Shown here: in pieces, positions 23,096 through 35,200 of the stretch
Layout: the number at the start of each line of letters is the position of its first letter
Numbering within the stretch: the stretch's first letter is position 1
Origin: Monocercomonoides exilis PA203
Taxonomy: Eukaryota; Protista; Preaxostyla
DNA length: 64,000 nt
Reading direction: 5' to 3'
NCBI GenBank assembly: GCA_001643675.2
Contig: LSRY02000030.1
Span: 806,001-870,000 of the forward strand
Made by a program: the position numbers and the translations under genes
Notes under the pieces: model-generated
What the model saw: only the letters and a program-made list of their open reading frames with translations
What the model was told of the DNA's origin: nothing
Database searches by the model: none

Positions 23096-26000
23096 ATGTT
23101 GTCAGGAGTGGGGATGCCTGTTTTCAGTGTATTTTTTCTTTGTGTGAATCTTGTTGCCACCACCGGAGACTCGAGCTGGATTGGAGAAAAAATAGAAAAA
23201 GAAGAAATGATTAAAGTGGATAGAAATATGCTTCAGATAAGCGAAAATCCTTCAAGTGATGAATTAATTAATAATATAGAAGATGGTGGAAGATCGATGG
23301 AAAAAATGAAGAGAAGAAAAATTGAAGGAAGAGATTTTCATCATGATGATGAAAAAAGCAAAGAAGAATATGGAAGAGAAATTGGAATTATGAAGAATGT
23401 GAATATTTTCCAATCCAGTGAAATAGAGGGTTGCTTGGAATGTTTCAATTCATCAGTCATGGAAATGGGCTTGGCTATGAGAGAAAAAGGATCAAAAAGG
23501 ATTCTCATTGCGAAAAAAGGAAGCATTGTTTCGATGAAAGAGTGCATTCTTTTTGTTGAGAAACATTCTTCGCCGATAGAACTGGGCGGGAGTTTTGGAT
23601 CATTTGTGAACATTTCAATTCAGCCAAATGTTGAAGGATTGAATGAATTTCCTCCTCTTTTCACTTCTGGACAATTTGACAATGATGTTTCAAAGTCATC
23701 CATTATTTCGTTGAGTGAATCTCATTTTTCCTCTTTTTGTGTGTCTTTAGCCCCATTCCTCTCTTCACCTTCCATTTCTCTCATATCCCTCTCCAAACTC
23801 ATTTTTTTCAACATTTCAACAGCAAATGATGCATGTTCACTATCAACCACAATGTCAACCCAAATCACTTGCATGATGAGCAGCTGTTTATTTTCTTCTG
23901 TTTGTGATGCATATGATGGCGGGATTGTTCCCTCTCTGAACAACCCCTTGGCCTCCTTGACAGCCTCAAACACCTCATTCGTTGGGTGTTGTCGGACAAG
24001 GAATGTCAATGTCAATGGAACAGAAGGGAATCTGTCGAAACAAGAGAGAATAAAGATCCTTGACAACGGTGTGAACACATTTGTTTGGTGCGAATGGAAT
24101 GGATCAAAGACAACAGGATCAACGGGAGATTATGCTGATGATGCTTCTAATGGAGGAGCAATTCAAATGTTCAATCGAGGAAATGGAATTCTTTCCGTTT
24201 CTCATTGCTCTTTTAATAATTGTTATGCTTTTTACGCTGGAGGAGGAATAATGTGCCATGGAATTAATTCTGTTGAATTTGTGAACAACACTTTCGACTC
24301 ATGTCATGCGCAAAATCGATATGGAGGAGGGGCTTTCGTTTATACGATTTCAACATGTGTTCAGATCAGTGGATGCAACTTCAGAAATTGTAAAGCAAAT
24401 TATGACGGAGGAGGGCTCTTTCTCGAATCTTTTCAGATTTGGGGATCAAATTGCATTGACGCAGACAGCGGAAGAGGAGAGAGTGCGTGTGTGTTTGACT
24501 GCAGTTTTTCTTTATGCTCACTTTCTGGTTCATATGGTGGAGGCATGTGGGTATATAAATTTCCTTCTCAGTTCAAAATTAGGAGCATTCAGTTTTTGTC
24601 ATGTTTCGTATCGTCATATGGAGGAGGCATGAGCTTCAGACCGGAAAAACAAGATGATGGGATTTATTGTTATTTTTTGTTCTTTCACGAATGCAAATGC
24701 TCTCCAAACACTCCATATGGGCATGATATTGATTTCGTTGATTTTAACAATTTGTATTTATCGTCAATTAATCCATTCTTTGAATGTTACACAACAAATA
24801 CAGATGATAAAAGAGTGTGCTATACGTTTAATTCATCCGGTTCCTGGGCATATGAACAAACATCGAAAAAAGATTGGCTGAAAGACAAGACAACATATGT
24901 TTCTGTGAATGGGAATGATGCTTCTGAGTTGTGTGGGGTTAATGAATTAAATCCATGTTTGACAGTGAAGAAAGCGTTTGAGATGTGTGAAGTGCAGATT
25001 AGCTTGGCAATCACCCTGATGGAAGGGAATCACACAAGCGAGGTGACAACAATTGAGATTGGAGAAAAGAAGATTTCGGTCATTGGGATAGGCATAGAGA
25101 AGAGTTCGATTGGAACAGGAGCCCTTTCATCAACTGGAGCGCTGTTCAGTGCGACAACAGGCCAACTTGGTTTATTGCACATGAAGGTTGATTGCAACTC
25201 AAATGCAAGTCCTTCGCCGAGTGTGGTTGTGGTGTCTGATGGGAGTGGGTCACTCTCATTGGAGGATGTTGTGATCACCACGAGCAATATTGGAGAATAT
25301 ATGATATCTTCTTCAGTGTTTGTGGTGCCGCTGTTACAGCTGTCGATGGTTGGTGTGGAGATCAAGAATATGAATGTCTCAAAATCATTGTTCTCTGAAC
25401 CTGCTTTGTCTTCTTCTTCCTCCTCCTCATCTGCCCTGTTTTTGACAGCCACTTCATCTGGAGAGAGCACGCTGGCGAACTTGACGGTGACGAATGTGAA
25501 GTTGACTGAAGGAGATGGAGTGGCTGTGGCAAAGAGTGTGGCAGAAGGGGAGACATTTGTTGTTCAGAATGTGACAATCGAAGATTGCGAGTGTGAAAGT
25601 GGCAGTGGTGGTGGGATCAAGGTTGAGTTGAAAACAGATGCAAGCAAGCTTCAGATAGAAAGAACAACAACAATGAACAGATGCACAAGTGGCAAATATG
25701 GAGGAGGGATGGTGTTGAATTTGGCTGACAACTCAATTGACTTCTCGATTGTGTCAGTTGACTTTTCAGGGTGTTCTGCTTCATTGGGGGGGAATTATGT
25801 GTTTGTGAATGGGAGCAATTCAGCGAGCTGGGGAATAACAACAGAAAAGCTGAATATCCAACATGACAGTTCAAAAATACAATGAGCTGGTGGGATATGA
25901 TCGGAGTGACACAACAATGGGGCTGTTCCCATTGAATGTGTATTTGGACAGATATCCAGATGCAGCACATGTGGGGAAGGGGAAGGATGGGCTGGGTGGA

Positions 26001-29000
26001 TACAACTCGTGGTTCTGTGGGTTTGACTATTATCCGTGTGCCACTATCACGCATGCAGCGCAGGTGAGATATGCAGACACAAACAAGAAGATCGAATTGG
26101 ATTCAGGATATGAGCTTGCTGAGGCAATTGGAATGACAGATGGCAATGAATGGGAGATTTCCTGTGCGAGAAAAGGGATGGAGGTTGGGGTGAAAGCACC
26201 AGAGAATTTTGAGTCATCTTGTCTGATTGAGGTGTTGAGCAAGTGTTCAATGAGAAACATCAAGTTCTGTATTCCATCTGCACTATCTGGTGCATCATCA
26301 TCATCTCTGATTTCATCCAACTCCACACTCCTCACACTCACTGACTGTTCTGTTGTTTGTTCATCAGAGAATTCCATTGGATATTGTTTTGTGAATGTGA
26401 TTGGGGGAAAAGTGAAAGTGGAGGGATTGGTGATAACAGAAACCTTGACATTTGGAGAACATTCAGTGATTGAGTTTGGTGAAGGGGTGGAATCAGTTGT
26501 GGTTTGTGGGTGTGAGGTGAGTAATATTGAGAAGAGAAATGGAGATGGAGGATGGGTGAGTGGAGTGGTTGGGGCAGAGAGAGATGAGGGGAAGAATGGG
26601 ATAATTGTGATTGAATCGTGTGTTGTGAAGGGGTGCAAGTGTGTTGGTGGAAGAGGAGGAGGGATGAGTGTTGTTGTGAAGGGGGAAGGGAGTGTTGTTG
26701 TGAATGGGAGTTGTGTGATTGATGGGTGTGAGGCGAAGGGTTCAAGGGAGAGTTCAGAAGGGAGAAGTGAAGGGAGAGGGGGAGGGATGATGATTGTGAT
26801 GGAGAGCAGGGATGGTTCAATGAAAATGGAATCGGGAAGAGAGGGTTTGTTTATGTTTGGAGAGGATAACAAAGCTTCATATGGAAAGGATGTGTTTGTT
26901 GGTTGTGGTGGAGGAGTGTTGTTGGAGTCGAAAGTGAACAGAAGTTCATTTTCATTTTTTGATTGGAGTGTTATTCCAACAGATGTTGTGAAGCTGTGTG
27001 GGAGTGAGGATGGGAGAGAAGAGGAGGTGATTCCGCTGTTTGTGTATTTGTGTTCAATCGGTACAAAGCTGAGAGTTGATGGGAGAGGAGAGAGGGCACT
27101 GGATCAGAGCCATTGTGGGTTTGAGGAGTTTGGGTGTTTGACAATTGACTATTGTGTTGGGAAGAGAGCGAGCAGCAATGTGAATGAGATTGAAATTATC
27201 TCAGAATCATGGATAAAGAATGAAATGAAAGTGGTTTCATTTGGGGTGAGTGTTTCAGGGAAAGAAGAAGGGATGAGGGTGATTGTGAGAGATGAAGGAT
27301 CGATAAATCAAAATAACCTCATTGAGTGTTCAAAATCATTTGAGATGAGATATTTGTCATTTGTGCTGAATGATGAAATGAATGGGAAGAGAAGTGGATT
27401 TATTCACTCCTCATCATCTACCATAACAATCACCAGTTGCTCTGTCTCATTTGGAAATGATGAAATGATTGGATTCAATGTGATTTGCATTGAAGGAGGA
27501 GGTGTGGTTGTGAATGGATTTGCGATGGAAGGGGGAGTGAGAATGAGTGGGAAATCGCCAATTGTTGTTTCGAATGGAGCTGAATTGGAGATGAATCACA
27601 GCCGAATGAGTGGAGTGGAAGTTGTTGGTGGAATTGGAGGAGGAGGAGGAGGATGTTTGAATGTGGAGATGGGTGTGAATGGGATTGTGAATGTTGAAGA
27701 ATGCAATTTGTCATCAGTGTGTTCAGGGGGGAGTGGGATGAAAGGGGGAGGGATGAAGATATCAGTGGAGAAAGGAGGGAGGTTGGAAATGAAAAATGTG
27801 AAATATTCAGGGTGTGAAGTGCCAAGAGAGGATGTTGGGGATGGAGGGAGAGGAATGGGAGGAGGGATGTTTGTGAAGCTGGCAGATGGGACGGGAACAT
27901 TTGTGATGGAAGGGATGGGATTTGAGGGATGCAATGCCTGGAAAGGGAAGAACGTGTTTGTGTCAGGATGGGATCTGAGTGAGATTGCGAATGAGGAGCA
28001 TCTGAAATGGGAGATTAAGGAAGAGGAGTTGGGATCATTGGATGAGTTGTGTGGGTGGGAGAGGAAGTCAACAGGAGAGGAGGGATATGTGATTCCGCTG
28101 GTTGTGTATTTGTGGAGGAACTGGAGTGGGAATGGGTTTGTTTCTCGAGAGAAAGGAGGAGACTTCAGTGGGTGTGGGTATTCAGAAGCACCATGTTCAT
28201 CGATTGATCACTTGATATCACTTCGATATCCAACATTTGGAGAAGGAGAAACACATATTGCCATTGCGGGATCAGGGTTGCTGAGCCATTCCATTTCATT
28301 TTCATCATCAATTTTAGAGTCACCAAAAGTGGTGATTGAAGGAACAAAGAAAGGGACAGGAGTGACGATCAGTGACGAAGATGAGAATGAATTGTCTGAT
28401 GGTTCAATGATCTCCTCGAATGTGAGTCTATCATTTGTGAATGTGTCATTCACCAAGCCAGCCATCACAACCCATCATTCAGTGTTGATTGAATCCTCTG
28501 GAGCAAACACATTATTGTCAGTTTCAGATTGTTCATTTGGCCCAGGGAGAGGGGTGGCAGAAAGTTTTGGATATTGTGTGATGAGAGTGAATGGGGGGAG
28601 TGTTGTGATTGAGAGGTGTTCGTTGAGTTTGATTTCAGAGTTGAAAGGGTTGATTGCGTTCAGGACAAGTGCAGGTGAGGTGACTGTTCAGAATGTGAAC
28701 ATCTCATTTGCTGATGTGACAGAAAGAAGCCTGATATCGATGATAGAAGAGGATAACCAGATGAATGGAGAAAAGAAGGTATTTTCAAATGGGAACAGAC
28801 CAATTTTGAGAGTTGTTGGGTGTTCATTTGCGAACATCACGAATGAAGGGATTGGAGCGAGTGTCATTGATGTGGGATCATTTGAGAATGGAGTGGAGTG
28901 TGTGATGGATGAGTGTTCGATGTCGAGTTGCAAGAGTGGTTTGAGTGATGAAGGAGGGGGGATGAGAGTGGTGCTGAAGAGTGGGGAGTCAGTGTTGAAA

Positions 29001-32000
29001 GTGAATGGGAGCTCGTTTTCGATGTGCAAGTGCTCGAGTGAAACAGGGTGTGGAGGAGGGCTGTTTATTGATGGGTCCGACCCACATGCGAATTATGGAA
29101 ATGAGAGTCAGATTCCGCCTCTGAATTTCAAGATTGTGAACATCCTGTTTGTGATGAATGAGGCACATGTGGGGAAAGACGTGTTTGTCAGATGCCACTC
29201 GATTGAGCACCAGATCAACGAAACACTGTTTGCGCTGAACTACAACCAGGAGTCGCTGAACTCGAACAACTCGATCTGTGGGAGGGATGCTTGGAGCGAG
29301 GGAGATGTTGATCTGATTCCGCTGATCACATTCTATTATTCGGCACAGGTGTTTGTGAGTGGGAGAGGGAGTGATGGGAGGGGGTGTGGGGCACAGAGCA
29401 ATCCGTGTGTGAGCATCAACCGTGGGGTTGAGCACATCGAGGAAGGGGTGATGAATGGGATTCTGATTGATGGGGAAGGGTTTGTAAGGAAGGAGTGTGT
29501 GATTGGAGATCTGGTTGTGAATTCATTGAAAAAGACACAGGGGATTGTTCGATTGAACTGCAAGATTGAGAAATCAGCAGAGAAGGATTGTGTGATGGAG
29601 TTTGTGAATGAATGTTCAGTGGAGAGATGCTCATTCCAGTTTGAAGATGGATTTGAGTCAACACACAGGTATCTCATGAAAGTGAAGAATGGAATGACGA
29701 AAATACAAGAATGTGAATTCTTCTCTTCCCCAACAACAACAGTTGAGGATATGAAGTTGAACAGTTCAATTGTGAGTGTGGAAAGTGGAGAGCTGAAGAT
29801 ATTTGATTCAACGTTCAAGGATATTCATTCAACAAGGTCAGTGCTTTCATTTCGTGAAGAATCGGATGTGATGATTGATGAAACAAGAATGTCGAACATT
29901 GAATGTGAGGGAGATGTTGTGAGTGTTGGAAGAAAAGCGAAAGTGGAGATGAAGGAAATGAAAGTTGAGAATGTGACTCTGTTGTTGGAGGGGTGTGTGA
30001 TTGGGATGGAAGATGCTGAGCAAGAGGTGAGTGTGCTGAACAGCTCATTCGGAAAGTGTGTGAATTCGGTTGATAAGGGAAGCATGATGCAGATCAGAAA
30101 TTCCAAGAATGTGAGAATTGAGGCATGTGTGTTCGATGGAGAAAAAGAAATCGAGGTTGCCAATGAAGAAAACAATAGAAAAGAAGGATTGTGCAAATGG
30201 AATGGGTCATTGGCTGATGTTGAGAAGAGCAATGTGGAGATGAGGGAAACAACGATTATGAAGAGCAAGGGAGGTGGATTGTGGGTGAGTGGAGGGAGTT
30301 TGAAGATTGAAAATGGAAAGTTTGAGAATAACAACGCATCAATTGAGGGATATCCATCAGCTCGAAGGAATGTGATTTGTGAAGGGAATGGGGAGTTGAA
30401 TGTTGTGAGTGTGAAAGGGGGAGATGGTTTGTTGCCAAACACATCGCTTTGGATATTGGACGAAGGATGCGAATTGGGAGGGATAGCAGCTGACAGAGGA
30501 TCATCATTTTTCATCCCCATTTTGGAAGAGGTGAAGAACACAACACAGCCAAATGGAAATGTGGAGTTGATGATTGTGGGAAAGCTGCTTCTGCCATGTG
30601 ATTTGTCGGTGAAGATGAGCATGAAAAATGGGGATGAAGAGGAGATTGTGAGAAAGGGGATTGAAGAAGATGGGTTTGTGTCAGAGAATGAGATTCACTC
30701 ATTCATTTCATGTTCAGAATGGGAGAAAGTGAGAGAAGAGACAGAAGTGAGTGTGTGGATTGTGTTTGGAAAAGGAGATTCACCTTCATCAACAGAGCGA
30801 TTTATTGTGAAGAACAAGAGTGAAAGTGTTGTCGAAGGAGATGAAAGGATTGTTGAAGGAGGGAAAGAAGGAAATCATCATGGTCTGCAATAATTGCGAT
30901 AATATTCGTTATTTTGTTTTTGATTGTTCTGATTGTATCTGTCATTGTGACTATTCGTTGGAGAAAGGTCAAGAACGAAGCGAAAGATTTGAGAGAGATT
31001 GTGAATGATACAGTGAGGAAGGATCCGAAGGCATTTGAGATGGTGACGATGGAGATGTCACCAGAGGAGCAGTGGAGAAGAGCAGAGAAAGAGGCAGAGA
31101 AGAAGAATGAAGAGATGATAAAAAAGAGGGTGTATGAGAGGAATATGGAACATTCAGAGTCATCAGAGCATCTTCTGTCTGAGAGTGGATCGACTGAATA
31201 CATCCTTGGAAGAGATTCAGACAAGATCCCTCAATGGATGCTGGAGAAAGTTGAGGAAGAGGAAGAAGAGATAAGGAAGCGAACTCCATCCCCATCCATT
31301 TCATCCACTTCAACAACTGATTCAGACTCAACGTTTGTTCGATCAGAGAGTTTGTGTCCAACCACTTCATCCATGTCGAATCTGGTGGATGCAATGGCCT
31401 GTTCGTCTCCTCATGAGAAGCTGATTGTGGATCTGAGGGATTCGCTGTTCATGTTGCTTCACGGGAGTAATAAGACAAAAGAGATGGCGATAGGTACTCT
31501 GCAGGAGAGGGAGCAGACAGCTGCCCAAATCCTGTTCTGGGTGGCTAATCTCGCGCTCCACTCCTTTGATGAAATGGAAAATGGATTATCTTCTCTTTCC
31601 ACTCTGAGTCCTCACATTGTTTTGTTCTCCGAGCACATGGTGATCTGCATTGTCATACATTCTGATCTCCTTTCTTCTGATGATTCAGACTCATCATCCA
31701 TCTCTTCATCGACCGTTGTGACATCTGCCAGCGATGATGATGATGATGAGGATTCTCTGCCATCATCTGCGTTTGAGGATGAGAGCCTTTTCAAAAAAGA
31801 GTGCCTGAGGTGGAAGGCGCCAGAGCTGCAGATGAACAAGAAGATGGGAGCAACGAAGGAGTCAGTTGCTTTTTCGATTGGGATGATGTTGTGGGAGTGT
31901 TTGACATTGGAAATTCCGTTTGGGGAGTATGAAGGGGAGGTGGCAGGGCAGAAGATTGTGAATGGAGAGAGGCCAAGTGCGAATGAGGGAAGAGGGAGTC

Positions 32001-32224
32001 CGTTGATGAATTATGCTGAGATGTGCCTGTCAGGCGATGCATCGAAACGGCCAACTCTTGTGAACATAAAGCGGCAGTTCATTTCACGCTTTCCAGGAGG
32101 CGGACCAACAATGACGATGAGCGATGCAATCGAGATTGAAGACAGCTCGGATGAGGAGGAAGCAGAAGAATGCAGCACAAGGAAGAAGGACAAAAGCAGA
32201 GGATCAGAGTTGCTGAAGATGTGA
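23096..32224 (+). CDS. Large Cys/Gly-rich single-pass surface receptor with kinase-like C-lobe, copy A; two 1-bp frameshifts (pseudogene or sequencing error)
   Basis: ORFs 23090-25885, 25863-30893 and 30914-32224 are colinear with the intact 3066-aa copy. There is an extra A at ~25873 (tcaaaaatac vs tcaaaatac) and a missing G at ~30871 (gaaggaaat vs gaagggaaat), both in homopolymers. Confidence 0.85.
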
Positions 32225-35200
32225 CGTGCTCAGAATAGACATGAGGATGGTAAATTCACAAAGGTGGAAACGAAGTGATCTTACAGGGGAGCAAATTCAG
32301 TGGTGCTTGGAGTGTGAAAGCGATGATGAAGAAGAGCAGAAGAGACCAGATGAATGATGAATGGATTGGATTAAAAGCCTGAAACTCTTTTCTTTCTTTT
32401 CTTTTCATTCTTTTCATTTCTTTTTATTATTGTTTTTCTTCTCCTCTCTTATTGCTTTTTTGAGTGTTAGTGTTTCAATATACCATTGTGTTCAAACATT
32501 TCTCTGGAAGAGGAGCCGATGCAACAACAAGGCAAGGGATATGTTGCAATGGATGAGTCGTCTTCATTTGTGATATTGCTGTCGCACCTTTATTTTTGGT
32601 TATTTTTGAGGCACTTCACAAATAATGTTTGGATAAACAAATTGAGGTATATGCTATTGTTGAAAATTAGTGAAAGCCCCTGAATTTGTCAGTGATTTGG
32701 AAAATATTCAGAAAAAGAGAAGAATTGATAAAGGTTATAAATTTTTCTTATTTATTTTTTGATTGAAAATGGAGAAATTAAATGGAAATATGAAAACAGT
32801 ATCGCTGACAGTGATTTTTGCATCAGTCGCTCTGAAAGTGAGTGTTTGAATGGGAACAAATATTGAGGTGAGGAGGGTGAGAGAGGCGTCTTGGAGGAGG
32901 GGAATAAATCAATAAAGGGCATATTCGATGGTGGCGCATGGGATCTGTTGGGGTCTGCTGCAGGCATCACATCACTTCCACTGTTGGCCACGATTTTGTT
33001 CTGTCCAATGATGGAAAGCCAACTGTTGTATTTTGCGTTAGGGTTACACTTTTACTCTGACCTATATTTTTACCCTCACCCTTTTTTTTGTGGAGCTGGC
33101 TACGGCTTAATACAAGCTTGATGCCAACAAAAAATAACTAGAAATGTTTATTTTTATATATTTAACTTTTACAGAAAAATTTTTTTCGCACAATTTTTTT
33201 TTACTAAGAGATCTCTGTATTTTTTAATTTTATTTTTTGATCATTAAATTGATGGTCTTTCCATGCTAATAACATTCTGGAAGTTTTAAGCTACACCGTC
33301 ATTTCACTTCTTATCCTTTATATTGTTTTTATGACTTTTCACATTTCACACGTTTCTTTTTCACTTGTTTTCTCATTTCATCCACTTTTTGATAAAATGC
33401 TCTTATTGATTGCATTATTAACTATTTTTATATTTCATAAGCTGTATCTCATTTGAAACTCTATGATTTGTTGAACACACACATTATTTTTTGCTGAATA
33501 ACTGTTACTGGTTGGAAAAACCAAAACTTCCGAAATTGATGTTTTTCATTTTTCCATTTAAAATCAAATTTGCAAAGCTTTTTTGCATATCTGCATAATG
33601 AACATTCCAACATATATTAAAAAAAATCTTAAAACTTTTTTACAAAAATTCTTCATTCTTTAAAAAATTTTCATTTTATCAAAAAGTGGATGAAATGAGA
33701 AAACAAGTGAAAAAGAAACGTGTGAAATGTGAAAAGTCATAAAAACAATATAAAGGATAAGAAGTGAAATGACGGTGTAGCTTAAAACTTCCAGAATGTT
33801 ATTAGCATGGAAAGACCATCAATTTAATGATCAAAAAATAAAATTAAAAAATACAGAGATCTCTTAGTAAAAAAAAATTGTGCGAAAAAAATTTTTCTGT
33901 AAAAGTTAAATATATAAAAATAAACATTTCTAGTTATTTTTTGTTGGCATCAAGCTTGTATTAAGCCGTAGCCAGCTCCACAAAAAAAAGGGTGAGGGTA
34001 AAAATATAGGTCAGAGTAAAAGTGTAACCCTAACGCAAAATACAACAGTTGGCTTTCCATCATTGGACAGAACAAAATCGTGGCCAACAGTGGAAGTGAT
34101 GTGATGCCTGCAGCAGACCCCAACAGATCCCATGCGCCACCATCGAATATGCCCTTTATTGATTTATTCCCCTCCTCCAAGACGCCTCTCTCACCCTCCT
34201 CACCTCAATATTTGTTCCCATTCAAACACTCACTTTCAGAGCGACTGATGCAAAAATCACTGTCAGCGATACTGTTTTCATATTTCCATTTAATTTCTCC
34301 ATTTTCAATCAAAAAATAAATAAGAAAAATTTATAACCTTTATCAATTCTTCTCTTTTTCTGAATATTTTCCAAATCACTGACAAATTCAGGGGCTTTCA
34401 CTAATTTTCAACAATAGCATATACCTCAATTTGTTTATCCAAACATTATTTGTGAAGTGCCTCAAAAAATAACCAAAAATAAAGGTGCGACAGCAATATC
34501 ACAAATGAAGACGACTCATCCATTGCAACATATCCCTTGCCTTGTTGTTGCATCGGCTCCTCTTCCAGAGAAATGTTTGAACACAATGGTATATTGAAAC
34601 ACTAACACTCAAAAAAGCAATAAGAGAGGAGAAGAAAAACAATAATAAAAAGAAATGAAAAGAATGAAAAGAAAAGAAAGAAAAGAGTTTCAGGCTTTTA
34701 ATCCAATCCATTCATCATTCATCTGGTCTCTTCTGCTCTTCTTCATCATCGCTTTCACACTCCAAGCACCACTGAATTTGCTCCCCTGTAAGATCACTTC
34801 GTTTCCACCTTTGTGAATTTACCATCCTCATGTCTATTCTGAGCACGTCACATCTTCAGCAACTCTGATCCTCTGCTTTTGTCCTTCTTCCTTGTGCTGC
34901 ATTCTTCTGCTTCCTCCTCATCCGAGCTGTCTTCAATCTCGATTGCATCGCTCATCGTCATTGTTGGTCCGCCTCCTGGAAAGCGTGAAATGAACTGCCG
35001 CTTTATGTTCACAAGAGTTGGCCGTTTCGATGCATCGCCTGACAGGCACATCTCAGCATAATTCATCAACGGACTCCCTCTTCCCTCATTCGCACTTGGC
35101 CTCTCTCCATTCACAATCTTCTGCCCTGCCACCTCCCCTTCATACTCCCCAAACGGAATTTCCAATGTCAAACACTCCCACAACATCATCCCAATCGAAA

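Noticed and set aside
33036-33047. ttagggtta telomere-like motif near the palindrome centre
   Set aside because: Only 1.5 repeats; expected by chance.
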